From a virus: DNA of 64,000 bases. This document shows, piece after piece, positions 27,301 to 37,081 of this stretch (position 1 is the first letter of the stretch; each line of letters begins with the position of its first letter). Made by a program: the position numbers and the translations under genes. The DNA lies in the IMG/VR virus record IMGVR_UViG_3300023184_000029, positions 122,543 through 186,542 of that record; one strand, 5' to 3'. The notes under the pieces are model-generated. The model made no database searches, had not been told where the DNA came from, and saw nothing but the letters and a program-made list of their open reading frames with translations.

Positions 27301-29001
27301 GGTAACTATGCTATTTTTTATTCCAGAGACGGAGGGAATAATTGGTTTTTATATAAACAGTATACCTTTGGAGGTGGTATTGTCAAATTGGATAATATAT
27401 TATATTCTGGTGATGGATCTACTATTTTCTATGCACGGGGAGCATCTTTTTATGAAATAAGTACTGCTCGTGCTACTCCTACCCCAACCCCTACTCGTAC
27501 TCCTACTCCTACCCCAACCCCAACCTCTACTCCTGGTCCTACTCCTACTTTAAATATTCAGTCTATAAATATATCTAACAATATAGAATTATTATCATAT
27601 CCAGGAACACCAACTTATATATCTTCGTTACCAGGAGTAGTTTCTAATAATGTTCAGTCTATAATTTCTATAAAGAATAATAGTGTTTCTTCCTGGAGGA
27701 AAAATAGTAGCTTTAATAGCCTTATTCTGCTAGACGGAGCTTCTACTACACAAAGTCAAGGATATTTAGTTGAAAGTAATGGATCGCCATATGTTTTTTA
27801 TAATGGGCCGATAATAGATCAGACAACAATCAATATACAACCAGGAAATAATATAGTAAAAATTAAAATGGGAGCTAAAAATAATAGTATTAATAATAAA
27901 TATTTTCTGGGAAATGATGGTCGTGGAGGTCCTGGTGACATATTCTTAACTAGTGCGATCTCTATTGAAAACGGTAGTCCAAAAAGCTGGCGATCTAATA
28001 GCTCTTTCAATAGCTTAAAATATTTAGAGAATGGAAAGACATATTTACTTCAGAGCAGATCAGATTTCCCTAGTAGTATTACTACTCTTTATAGATTTTT
28101 AACAAATTCTGCTAATATAGGATCACCAAGCAATAACTCTAGAGTTGGATCTAGTGGTAGAAGCAGTTATTATGGAACTTATGATCAAACTGGTACGATA
28201 TCTAGTGATATTGTATCTCTTGGAAGTCAGCATTACTATGTGAATGTAGCTGATGGGAATTCTCCTTATTCTTTTATTTTCGACAGTCGTCCTGTTGTAA
28301 ACGATCAAGCTCGTTCTACTAATTTGCGTATTGCTGGAAGTATTGAAGACCCATTTACAGAATTTGTATTTGTCGGAGATGTAGGCAATACTGGTATAGT
28401 GGAAAATATGTCAAATATGGTAAATTATAGAGGCGATGTTAATTATACTTATTATATACAAAAATACAAATTAACAGTAGCAGAATATTGTGTATTCTTG
28501 AATAGTATCTATAAGAGTGGTGAGGTTTTTTATCAAGGAAAACAATATTTTTTCAGTGACACATTAGACCCATTTGCTCCTGGAGAAGTGATTCGTGCAT
28601 TTTCTTCTTTTAAACGTACAGGAATTAAAGGAGCTTATGTATATGAACCAGATAACCTTAACAATGCAGATAATACTATGATCTGGAGTACTAGTACAAC
28701 AAATAATACTTCTTCTGAGTTTTTTCAAGTAGCAGCTTTGATTAATTGGTTAGATAATGGCAAAAATGATGGAGATTTAATAAGCGTACTCAATGGAGTT
28801 TATGACCTAACATCTTCTAATCCTGTCAAACAAAATATAAATCCAGTAACAAATTTACCACCTAAATTTTGGATCCCTACTGCTAATGAATGGATCAAAG
28901 CAGGTTTTTACAAAGGAAATGGTACCAATTCTGGATACTGGAAGACTAGTGTTATGAGCGACACTAAAACTACTTTAGACCCAGGATATTTAGACTCTTA
29001 G
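24358..29001 (+). CDS. Multidomain adhesin-like virion protein: BspA-type LRR, fn3, Asp-box beta-propeller, permuted FGE-sulfatase domain, Pro/Thr linkers
   Basis: LKRVELPDSLQTIDTEAFFKCKNLDTINFPSSLKYIGNYSF (LRR_5). Asp boxes YLTADKGNNW, WLSEDSGENW, FLSNNTGNTY and FYSRDGGNNW. FGE motifs SYYGTYDQ and FWIPTANEWIKAGFY. Confidence 0.82.
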   Translation: MSIKVNVTFLDKGINIFSTWMSPNGGQQISVQPQYIDIKTETGTLLTKIQNGTNYSGQTGVRLRCDIYYFLLSGTTTLQDYLSFNFILYGYANPFYYYINTSPSDVDNLTDINNTITIVGNKILEYSGDGIPISNGSLRISVPDIYKTTTSPAELIFPRTINGLIVNNIGRRSNSVPSLAKDPPYNLSPMYYGKGPTEDRQTFVPVFDIANTTTIKIPYNIRTIGQSVFCPESFTRGINPPGLLFGLNLNSDKLKRVELPDSLQTIDTEAFFKCKNLDTINFPSSLKYIGNYSFSQTKLSNIDLSLCNDLRDLKFAAFSDCNSGPLNNIILPSGVNSYIDSPAIFDRSNYITNISVQGTGKYFSNNNTIYATINPNSALAPLLNTTSAAPVISINTNLTIPPQVGNYVIDNILANFYPEGYSFTKLNISESYIRILLPSSLEAYNSTSNIVMPSSLVDVRGDIFRRNPYSTVSYARPSSIYFLGNQPAFDSNIPNSLSYDAKFYRLSNKTWNSSNIYGIPVVISVPPPTPTLPPPTPTATPIPPTPTPTIPPTPPGVVQNFTTTSVAGGISCSWSAPSSAGNAGARIISYILQVRNPSNIDDLNNLNYSTSSTSFSFSFPALSVIGYNVSIAAVNSNNLVSNYLTFFLNETPPLPSPTNTPVPTATPTSTPGPTTSPTPTATLPPLALQEYLTFTIPNGPKIIDMTCSDDPYDISLIAGDSFNNGIWTEEVYIKDIDTWTKPLMPPSDGSIRYSSISSFNNNSGLLIAGTKPSGGFPYSYNSPAPVYLTADKGNNWKNIGSNTRWLQVVSSSSGAVVAALSMSSSPSELYVYTATGDPNDLVNTIGDLTLKKTFTLFSINLASSKICISDDGTKIVVAVYGGAVWLSEDSGENWTSKFVNAGWTQLACSSDCSKIAAWDDGNYRLFLSNNTGNTYSIISSNKIKGNYPHNIRMDVDLGRCTRRLSMSKNGQNLVLLVFDSSGNYAIFYSRDGGNNWFLYKQYTFGGGIVKLDNILYSGDGSTIFYARGASFYEISTARATPTPTPTRTPTPTPTPTSTPGPTPTLNIQSINISNNIELLSYPGTPTYISSLPGVVSNNVQSIISIKNNSVSSWRKNSSFNSLILLDGASTTQSQGYLVESNGSPYVFYNGPIIDQTTINIQPGNNIVKIKMGAKNNSINNKYFLGNDGRGGPGDIFLTSAISIENGSPKSWRSNSSFNSLKYLENGKTYLLQSRSDFPSSITTLYRFLTNSANIGSPSNNSRVGSSGRSSYYGTYDQTGTISSDIVSLGSQHYYVNVADGNSPYSFIFDSRPVVNDQARSTNLRIAGSIEDPFTEFVFVGDVGNTGIVENMSNMVNYRGDVNYTYYIQKYKLTVAEYCVFLNSIYKSGEVFYQGKQYFFSDTLDPFAPGEVIRAFSSFKRTGIKGAYVYEPDNLNNADNTMIWSTSTTNNTSSEFFQVAALINWLDNGKNDGDLISVLNGVYDLTSSNPVKQNINPVTNLPPKFWIPTANEWIKAGFYKGNGTNSGYWKTSVMSDTKTTLDPGYLDS

Positions 29002-29027
29002 AATAACCAATAATTAGGATATAATTT

Positions 29028-30983
29028 ATGCCATATCTTGCTCCATCAGAAAATTTATTCACTATTCAAGAATATCCTGCTAGTCCTAGTGTTCAAGTTA
29101 AATACAACGGATCTGGTATACACTCTATAACCGGTCCTGTTCCTATGGTTTCTTTGAATAAGAGCATCAATAGATCTGGATCAGGACAGATAGATAATAT
29201 AGCTACAAACATTAATTTAAGCGGCAAGATTGTTAGATACTCTGGAGAAAGCACTAGCGATCCTAATGGAAGTGGTATAAAAAGTATAACAAAAGCCATA
29301 GCTGATCTTCAGCAATTGTTTGCATCGTGTCCTATTGCTCCTTTTGAAATTACCTGTGGTACTGACACTGTTTTAGCCGTTAGCGGAGCTAGGGTTAAAA
29401 GTTTTAATGCTGAAAGATCAGAAAATAACTGGGTATTAACAGCGGATTACTCTATAGAGTTAGAGTACTACGAACCCTCGATAGAAGGATCCCCATTAGT
29501 TTCTAATACTAGCGATACTTGGTCTATAGAACCGTTGGATGATTATATTTATTCTTCTTTTAGCATCGGGGTATCACAAAGACCAGAATATAATAATCCT
29601 AATTTAAAACCAACCGCCCCAACCGCCGGAAGCACACAGCCAGCGGGTAGTCTTAATGGATCCAACTCTTCTGCAACATTAAATATTATTAATGTTCCAC
29701 AATTTAGAATTAGTCATAGATTATCAGCAGTTGGTTTACCAGCTACTGGTTTATGCTACTCAAATACCGATAATACCAACGCAGGACCAGGAGCAGCTTA
29801 TTTAGAAGCAAAAAAATGGGTACAACAAAGAGCAGATATTAGTTTAAACTATAGTCAGTATAATCAAAATGCTAGTTATAGTGGTTATCCTAATTTTATG
29901 AATACTCCTAATATTGGAGGATTTGACAAAACCTTTTTATATAACCATATTAGAACTACTAATTTTAGTGCTAGTGAAGGAAGTTATGAAATTAATGATA
30001 CATGGCTAGCTATGCCAACAGGTATCAAATATGTAGAAGATTATAGTATAGATTCTTCTACAGATGATAAATTTGTTAAAACTGTAAGAATTCAGGGGAA
30101 TATCAAAGGACTTAGTATTGAATCATTCGACATAATGGGATCTGGAGGTATGGTTCCAGATAAGGACGGAAAGATAGATCTAACATATTCTAGTGGACAA
30201 TTATCTGGACCTCTTAATGGTGTTGGGGGCTTATTAGACGTAAACTCTCAATCATCCAGTACTAATATCCATAAAAATAAATATGAAAATGCTGTTGACG
30301 CATGGATAAATGATATAAAACCATATTTATACCGTAGAGCTTCTTTGGTGCTAAATTCGCCGGATAGAACATCAGACTATATAAATCCAGCAGCATCTCC
30401 AGCACCACCCCCAAATAATCCTATTTATTGTAAAGAAAATTTACTTAATATTATTCCAGTATCTACAGCGGAAGGACATGATCCAAGAAAAGGTACAATT
30501 TCTTATAGTTGTGAGTTTACTAATAGGTTTAAATTAATTAGTGGAGTAATATCAGAAAGTATTAGTATTAGCGATACTGGACCAACAGATTCTATTAGCG
30601 AAACTGTTGTTATTGGTCGTAGATTAGGACCTGTTATTCAATCGTTGAATACAAAAACGTCTACTCGTAAAGATATTTCTATAGAAGTTACAGTAGTTCC
30701 TCCTTCTAGTGTTAATGGCTTATTTATGACTAATAGTTTATGTCCATTATATACAGGAGGTACGGTGTATACTACTATAGATCAAATAGTTGAAGGATTA
30801 AAGCCATTCGGAGATAGGCCAGCATCTATTTTTGGTAATTTAAGCCGTAGGAATGTGGCTGGACAGGCATATGTATCAGCGGACAATCAATCATGGAATC
30901 CGGCTGATGGACGATATAGTAGACAAGTAACATGGATTTATCAGCATTGTGATAATAATTATAGTAATTATCTGGACACATAG
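29028..30983 (+). CDS. Hypothetical structural protein (distal tail/baseplate candidate)
   Basis: 651-aa beta-rich ORF in the structural arm. No motif recognised. Confidence 0.65.
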   Translation: MPYLAPSENLFTIQEYPASPSVQVKYNGSGIHSITGPVPMVSLNKSINRSGSGQIDNIATNINLSGKIVRYSGESTSDPNGSGIKSITKAIADLQQLFASCPIAPFEITCGTDTVLAVSGARVKSFNAERSENNWVLTADYSIELEYYEPSIEGSPLVSNTSDTWSIEPLDDYIYSSFSIGVSQRPEYNNPNLKPTAPTAGSTQPAGSLNGSNSSATLNIINVPQFRISHRLSAVGLPATGLCYSNTDNTNAGPGAAYLEAKKWVQQRADISLNYSQYNQNASYSGYPNFMNTPNIGGFDKTFLYNHIRTTNFSASEGSYEINDTWLAMPTGIKYVEDYSIDSSTDDKFVKTVRIQGNIKGLSIESFDIMGSGGMVPDKDGKIDLTYSSGQLSGPLNGVGGLLDVNSQSSSTNIHKNKYENAVDAWINDIKPYLYRRASLVLNSPDRTSDYINPAASPAPPPNNPIYCKENLLNIIPVSTAEGHDPRKGTISYSCEFTNRFKLISGVISESISISDTGPTDSISETVVIGRRLGPVIQSLNTKTSTRKDISIEVTVVPPSSVNGLFMTNSLCPLYTGGTVYTTIDQIVEGLKPFGDRPASIFGNLSRRNVAGQAYVSADNQSWNPADGRYSRQVTWIYQHCDNNYSNYLDT

Positions 30984-30988
30984 TTTTT

Positions 30989-33900
30989 ATGACAACATTA
31001 TGCTCCAATTCTAAACTAACAGCTCAAACACTATTCCTAGGAGCTAGTGTTGTAAATTTTACAACAAATATGGGATGGGGAGGCCAACCATCTCAATTAA
31101 CTGTGAATCTTATAGAAGATACCTCCCCATGTTTTTCTAATCAATCTACTATTAGACAATCTCAATTTACATCAAGATCTTATGCCGATAATCATCACCA
31201 TACTTGTGTTGATGATGCTTGTTATATAGATGAATTGGGCAGACCTTTTGATTCTAAAAATGATCCATCTCCTAAAGAACGTATAGTTCCGGGCAAAGTT
31301 TATTATGCTTGGGACAATAATAACGGGTTTGTATCACGATACTGGTATGATCAAGACCCTGGTTTTTTCGGAGACAAAACAGCAATTTCGGTTGATGGAA
31401 CCTATTCCAATGACCAGAAAACAATCGACGAGTCCAAGGGCTTTGATATAATAAATACCCCTGTTTGTTTCAAAATGGGAGATTTCTCGTTTGCTGGTAT
31501 TGTTAGAGACTGGAGTAGAGATTATGGTAGTGGGGGTAGAAATTATAGGGTTTCTATAGAAAGTGCCGATTCTTTTTTGGATCAGTGTCATATTATTCTG
31601 GGTCAATATGGTGGTTCTATTTTTAGTAAACTATCATCATCTACTTATGGTTCTGGTAGCAACTATCTTGGAGACAATGACGCCGTTTTAAATTATGGAA
31701 CTCTAAAACAAGGAAATCTTCCTAATGTATTTAATGTTTATGGTTTTTTAGAGTCTATGGGTTTGAATTATTTCGGTGGTTCTAAGTATAATGATGAGGG
31801 TATAAGTGCTGTATCTATCATAGATGCACTGTCTGTGCTTACATCAGCAAGATCAGACTCCCCCAACGACCCTGCCGCACCACTAAATACTTCTCAAAAA
31901 AGAGCCTTTTCTCCATTTGGTAGAATCTTATTAAAAACTGTACAAGAAAATACAACCTATACTAGAATTAAACCAGCGTTTGGCTCTTATAGTTTTGGCG
32001 TTATACCTCCATCACTAGATATAAATGGTATTGAAAGATGTCACATAGCTTTGGATCTGTCTGAATTACCTAGACCTCCAATGGACTATAGAATATCTGA
32101 GACTGTTATGAGCATAATGAATCTGATCAGAAGAATAACAGATGATACGGGATATGACTTCTATTTCGATATGATTCCTGCAACATATTTATCTCAACCT
32201 TATACTATTTTAAAAGTTAGAACAGTTTCTAGAGCTAAACAACCAATCCCTAATCAAGTTGTAAATACTATAGAAGAATTTAAAAAGAATAATATGCCTA
32301 TATCTGCTAGTAATATAGGTAAAGAAAAAAATGAAACTGCGCCACGAGCAATGTATTTTGGACCACAGCAACAAAGATTATATCAAGCAAAAAATTATAG
32401 ACTAGCATACAATCAAACATCATATGTCTATCACCCTGTTTTGCAAACTTTTGTTAATTTTTTCCAGCATGAGGGACAAGCAAATCTGGGTAAAATGAGA
32501 CTTCCTACTAGTTTATCCACAAGAAATCCAGCTTTGTCAACAAAAATTAATGGAGAGGATATTACTGCTTTATTTAATAATGACGAAGATATAAAGAATA
32601 CTCTAGAATTAAATAGGTTTGAGGACATAGATGATATATGGAACGATAAAGAAATTACAGATAATAAAACTAATAATAATGTTTTATCTGGAAATTATGG
32701 CCCAGCAAAAGCTGTTACAAATAGCAGAGACACCACAGCTAGATTTTTTCCTTTATATAAAGATGTTATTTGTCCATTTTTTGGATTTCAGATGGAAGAG
32801 ACTTTGACCGTTGATACAAATCCTGACAACAACACTTATAGATTAGTTCGTCCAGTATTTCTAGACACATGGACTGGCCAATTAGTAGTAAGTATAAATA
32901 TAGCAGATTTACCAAAAATTAGCGTATCTTTGAATCCTTTTAATCAGGATAAATATTTTTTACTCTTTGAAACAGAGATGAGAGCGGCTATAGCAGGATT
33001 TGATAATTTCTTATTATATTGTTTGGGTAAGATTTTTAAACCGGGTATTTTTCTAATGCTTGTAGAAGCATATTCTAATCTTGGTATATCTCTTGGTATT
33101 TCTAATTTCGATAGTTGTTGGGATAATTCACCCGCTAATATTGCTGCTCGTTCTACTACTGGTCATCCTTCTGGTTTTGTGGCTCAAAATACATCTACCA
33201 ATATTAACGGCGATTTTTTTATTAATCCTAATTTTCTAAAAGACTTAGAGATAATTCATTCATATATTCAAAAAATAGCTAATAAATATTATGGCAGAAA
33301 ATACATGGTAAAAGTTCCAGAATTGGTAAGCTATAGAGACACCCAATATTCTGATATACAAATACCAGCAGGATCAGATACTATATCGGTATTTCAGGGT
33401 AGTGGTAAAATATACTATAATTATGAGCCAGCTGATGATGGGGCATGGGAAGAATATGGAAATATTATAGACGATAGTATTTTTGTTGGTAGTCCGTATT
33501 ACTATGTATTAGCTGATGATAATGGTAAAATTCCTCCCCTATTAGGATATAATGCGTCAGATTCTTTTGATTATGTTAGTAGGGCCATGTGTGGACTGGA
33601 TATTTTAAACAAAGCTATCTATGTAGACCCGGCCGCTACCAATTATTATAATTCTCTTTCGGAGGAACAAAAAGCGGGATATCAATGGAAAAAAGATTAT
33701 ATAAAAACCAACTATGATTATTTATTCCAAGCTAATCTATCAGGAGCTTGTGATGATTCAAAATTTATTTTTCCATCTTTGGATGTAACAGCTTTATCTG
33801 AGGGTAGTTATGTTGTAACCCCTTGTGCAAATCCTGTAAAAAGTGCATTCAATAGAAATAACATCCCTTTATCCGCATCAAAAAAACTATATTGTAAAAC

Positions 33901-36900
33901 AAATGTAGAAGATAAAATTATTTTTCTCTCTCCAAAAACATTACAAGAACCCCGTATTATTATAGATTCTCCCGGTATTCCTTTAACGACTACAAGCTAT
34001 TCATACGAAACAGATCCTAATATTACGATAATAGCTAATGTTGCCTTAGAAGACTTATTAATTTATTTGAAAAAAATACCAGTAGGCTCTGAAGATCCTA
34101 ATTTTGTAGGATATATGATGAGTTTTATTTCTCCTATGATTGGAAATAATGCTTTATTGTTAGGAAATAATATGGGAAATAATAGTCCTAAATATATGAC
34201 AATAGCTCCAAAAATGGCGCATCCTTTTTTTGCTGGAATACCCATTAAGAGTAATCAGTTTTGCTATGGTCCATGGACTAATTATCCTAATCTTATAGCA
34301 TCAGATATATTTCCAGATGCTAGTAATCCTAATGAAGCTATAGAGAATCTTATAGGAGGAGTAAAAATAGATCAAAACCAAGATTTTGCTCCGTGGAATT
34401 ATGGAGGAATGAGTTTCTTAGATCAAAGAGTGATTTCAGAAATACAAAATAATGTTAATTACCAACAAGTTCTTGAAACAGCACAGATAGATATGCCTGG
34501 CTTGCCTATTTTTGGTTTGGGTTCTAGATTTACCTATTTTACCCCATCTGTTCAAGGAAATAATCAAATCAAATTTAATAATCAATTATATGATGTAGAA
34601 ATTGATACTTTAAACTATACAGATGTGAAATATAATACTTCAAATTCAAATCCTGTTCCTAATGCTCCGTTAGCGGGACAAGTTCTTGTGGGTTTTGACT
34701 ATAGTAATAGTTCTACTACAAGTTCACCTATTACATATGAGACTATAAAGCTATCATCAATAAATCCTAATCCTATTGCTCCTTTGATTAGTAGTATTCA
34801 GGTAAGTGTAGGAGGATCTATCACAACAACTTATGGTTTTAGAACATATATTAGAAAATTAGGATTTTTTAATAAAGAAACCGGCGATAGATTGAAACAA
34901 AATGCTTTGATGGGAATCAAAAGAAATAAACAATTTGCATCAATGTCTGGTAGTATTATTAGTAGAGTTAATAATGAAAAACAAAGAAGATTAAATGATA
35001 TTGGCGATAATAGAAAATTAGGCGCTAGGGAAGTAACTTCTAAATTTTATGCTACTAGTCCCGTAGAAGTAATGTGTGGTTTGGCAAGACCTTTTCTGCC
35101 TAATGATAAATTATTTAATGTAAAAAGATTAAGTTATTTACGGCAGAATTTAGAAAATCTTGAAAACACCGAAGAAAATACGAATAATGATCAACTAAAA
35201 AAACAAATACAAGAAAAAATAAAACAACTTGAGGAGGAAATCAATAATATAATGAGTTTGCCTTATGGCAGAGACTTGGGGGATGACTCTTCGAAAAACG
35301 GCAGTATAACCGGTGATTCTAATGGTATCAATCAGAATAAAAAAAACTTAAGGTATAATACCTTTGTTGGTATATATCCAACAAAAGAAATCGCGGTAGA
35401 GATGAATGCTGAGTACGCTAATAAATCATTAATGAGTTTAGATGGTTTATTTTCCCCCGTATCTTTTTATCCGACACTTTTTAATACCACATATCCTTTA
35501 GTTCCGTATACATCATCATCATGTCCATATTGTAAGGGTACAAAATCAATATCTGACACATATGTTAATAAGCAAGGACAAAACGCTACTGGAACATTCT
35601 ATTGTTCTTATTGCGCCAATAAAAGAAAAACTATATCGTATTCTTCTAAAACAACCAAAACATCATCTAGCATAGAAACATTACCTCCTTATATTATTAC
35701 TGATACTAATGATATTGATACTTTAATTAATTTTAATACAGCTATTAGTAGCTCCTCATCAACTTCAGCTGCTAGTAGTTCAGACTCTTCTTCGTCTTCG
35801 GAGGAAATACCGGTTAATTTATATAGTTTACAACCAATCGTTGTTCCTTATGGTGAGTTTAGAAATCCTAATGTACAAAACAATGGAACATATGTAGACA
35901 GATGTCGGCACAGCATACGAGTTGTTGCTAAAGGAACTGTGGCTCCTAAAAAAAATCAGTCTTTAGACATATCTCAAAACTTATTAAAATATATAGATCC
36001 GGCAACAAATAAAGAACAAACAGAACGTGGCTTAGGATTTAATGCCGATTACTATCAAAAAGATATTTTGAATAAGGATAATCCCCAGTTTTTAAATAAT
36101 CAAAGATTTTTGGGTCTTAGAGGACCCATAATGCTCCACGGATGGGGTTATGATAAGGAGGGATATCCTATTCCCAATGCTGCTGATGAACCGAAAGAGG
36201 TTGATGAATTTGGTAATCCTAAAAGATTTAAATTAACTAGATCAGTATCTACCAGTTCCACAAAATATTCAAAACTAAAAAACGGAGATCTATTTGTATT
36301 AAATAAGACAGATACTATTGATCTTATTAAATCTCCATCTTTATTATTAGATGATTTCACTAGTATAGCTGATGATAGAGATGTTCTTAAAGTTGAATAT
36401 ACTAATGATTTATCAGATGAGACAGGTGGTTTTTTACAAGGTCAAAACTCAATATTAGGAGATATTATTGGTAAAACACAAGAATTTAAGGAGGGTAAAT
36501 GGACATCAAAGAAAAAACTAAAGCAGTTTTATTTAAACTGGGCGGAAAGGCCAGATTTATGGCCAGTAGGACCAATAGACTTAAGATGGGATGAAGAAAA
36601 AAGAGTATGGTCTACTACTAGTGATCAAGCTAGTATTTATAAAATGGTTTATGTGGTTTTGGAAGAGGATTTAGTTAAAGAATATAACTATGATGAAACC
36701 TATGTAGCAAGAGGGTTTCTAGATGATTTAGAATATTCATCAGAACCTTTACCTAATGGACAAAGAAGATTAGTATATGTTAAAGATAGAGCGGGATATA
36801 CAGCTCCTAGAGGGTGTAAACTTCTCTGTCGATATGATACAGACACTGGTTTCTATGAGCCGATTACTAAGCCCTCTTTTATTTGTAAAGGAATTATTGA

Positions 36901-37075
36901 TAATGGTAATAAAGCAGTAATACAAATGGCTTATGCTGCTGGTAAAAAAGCAGGTGAAATACCAACAATGTTGGTTTCTTTTAGTAATCCTTTTAATTAC
37001 ACAGTAGTAAAGGATAAAAAAGGAATGTTTACTTTTATGGATGGTAACTGGACTATAACCGCTGTTGAGCAATAA
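30989..37075 (+). CDS. Large tail/baseplate hub-like protein
   Basis: 2028 aa. The N-terminus (FLGASVVNFTTNMGWGGQPSQLTVNLIED) resembles hub proteins. Contains an internal coiled coil, CxxC pairs and poly-Ser. Confidence 0.6.
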   Translation: MTTLCSNSKLTAQTLFLGASVVNFTTNMGWGGQPSQLTVNLIEDTSPCFSNQSTIRQSQFTSRSYADNHHHTCVDDACYIDELGRPFDSKNDPSPKERIVPGKVYYAWDNNNGFVSRYWYDQDPGFFGDKTAISVDGTYSNDQKTIDESKGFDIINTPVCFKMGDFSFAGIVRDWSRDYGSGGRNYRVSIESADSFLDQCHIILGQYGGSIFSKLSSSTYGSGSNYLGDNDAVLNYGTLKQGNLPNVFNVYGFLESMGLNYFGGSKYNDEGISAVSIIDALSVLTSARSDSPNDPAAPLNTSQKRAFSPFGRILLKTVQENTTYTRIKPAFGSYSFGVIPPSLDINGIERCHIALDLSELPRPPMDYRISETVMSIMNLIRRITDDTGYDFYFDMIPATYLSQPYTILKVRTVSRAKQPIPNQVVNTIEEFKKNNMPISASNIGKEKNETAPRAMYFGPQQQRLYQAKNYRLAYNQTSYVYHPVLQTFVNFFQHEGQANLGKMRLPTSLSTRNPALSTKINGEDITALFNNDEDIKNTLELNRFEDIDDIWNDKEITDNKTNNNVLSGNYGPAKAVTNSRDTTARFFPLYKDVICPFFGFQMEETLTVDTNPDNNTYRLVRPVFLDTWTGQLVVSINIADLPKISVSLNPFNQDKYFLLFETEMRAAIAGFDNFLLYCLGKIFKPGIFLMLVEAYSNLGISLGISNFDSCWDNSPANIAARSTTGHPSGFVAQNTSTNINGDFFINPNFLKDLEIIHSYIQKIANKYYGRKYMVKVPELVSYRDTQYSDIQIPAGSDTISVFQGSGKIYYNYEPADDGAWEEYGNIIDDSIFVGSPYYYVLADDNGKIPPLLGYNASDSFDYVSRAMCGLDILNKAIYVDPAATNYYNSLSEEQKAGYQWKKDYIKTNYDYLFQANLSGACDDSKFIFPSLDVTALSEGSYVVTPCANPVKSAFNRNNIPLSASKKLYCKTNVEDKIIFLSPKTLQEPRIIIDSPGIPLTTTSYSYETDPNITIIANVALEDLLIYLKKIPVGSEDPNFVGYMMSFISPMIGNNALLLGNNMGNNSPKYMTIAPKMAHPFFAGIPIKSNQFCYGPWTNYPNLIASDIFPDASNPNEAIENLIGGVKIDQNQDFAPWNYGGMSFLDQRVISEIQNNVNYQQVLETAQIDMPGLPIFGLGSRFTYFTPSVQGNNQIKFNNQLYDVEIDTLNYTDVKYNTSNSNPVPNAPLAGQVLVGFDYSNSSTTSSPITYETIKLSSINPNPIAPLISSIQVSVGGSITTTYGFRTYIRKLGFFNKETGDRLKQNALMGIKRNKQFASMSGSIISRVNNEKQRRLNDIGDNRKLGAREVTSKFYATSPVEVMCGLARPFLPNDKLFNVKRLSYLRQNLENLENTEENTNNDQLKKQIQEKIKQLEEEINNIMSLPYGRDLGDDSSKNGSITGDSNGINQNKKNLRYNTFVGIYPTKEIAVEMNAEYANKSLMSLDGLFSPVSFYPTLFNTTYPLVPYTSSSCPYCKGTKSISDTYVNKQGQNATGTFYCSYCANKRKTISYSSKTTKTSSSIETLPPYIITDTNDIDTLINFNTAISSSSSTSAASSSDSSSSSEEIPVNLYSLQPIVVPYGEFRNPNVQNNGTYVDRCRHSIRVVAKGTVAPKKNQSLDISQNLLKYIDPATNKEQTERGLGFNADYYQKDILNKDNPQFLNNQRFLGLRGPIMLHGWGYDKEGYPIPNAADEPKEVDEFGNPKRFKLTRSVSTSSTKYSKLKNGDLFVLNKTDTIDLIKSPSLLLDDFTSIADDRDVLKVEYTNDLSDETGGFLQGQNSILGDIIGKTQEFKEGKWTSKKKLKQFYLNWAERPDLWPVGPIDLRWDEEKRVWSTTSDQASIYKMVYVVLEEDLVKEYNYDETYVARGFLDDLEYSSEPLPNGQRRLVYVKDRAGYTAPRGCKLLCRYDTDTGFYEPITKPSFICKGIIDNGNKAVIQMAYAAGKKAGEIPTMLVSFSNPFNYTVVKDKKGMFTFMDGNWTITAVEQ

Positions 37076-37081
37076 TATATT

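Noticed and set aside
17054-28187. Diversity-generating retroelement (CLec-fold targets; 22/23-nt match between 17054 and 28165)
   Set aside because: No reverse transcriptase, Avd or template repeat in the window. The match is short, coding in both copies, and explained by paralogy. A DGR elsewhere in the genome cannot be excluded.
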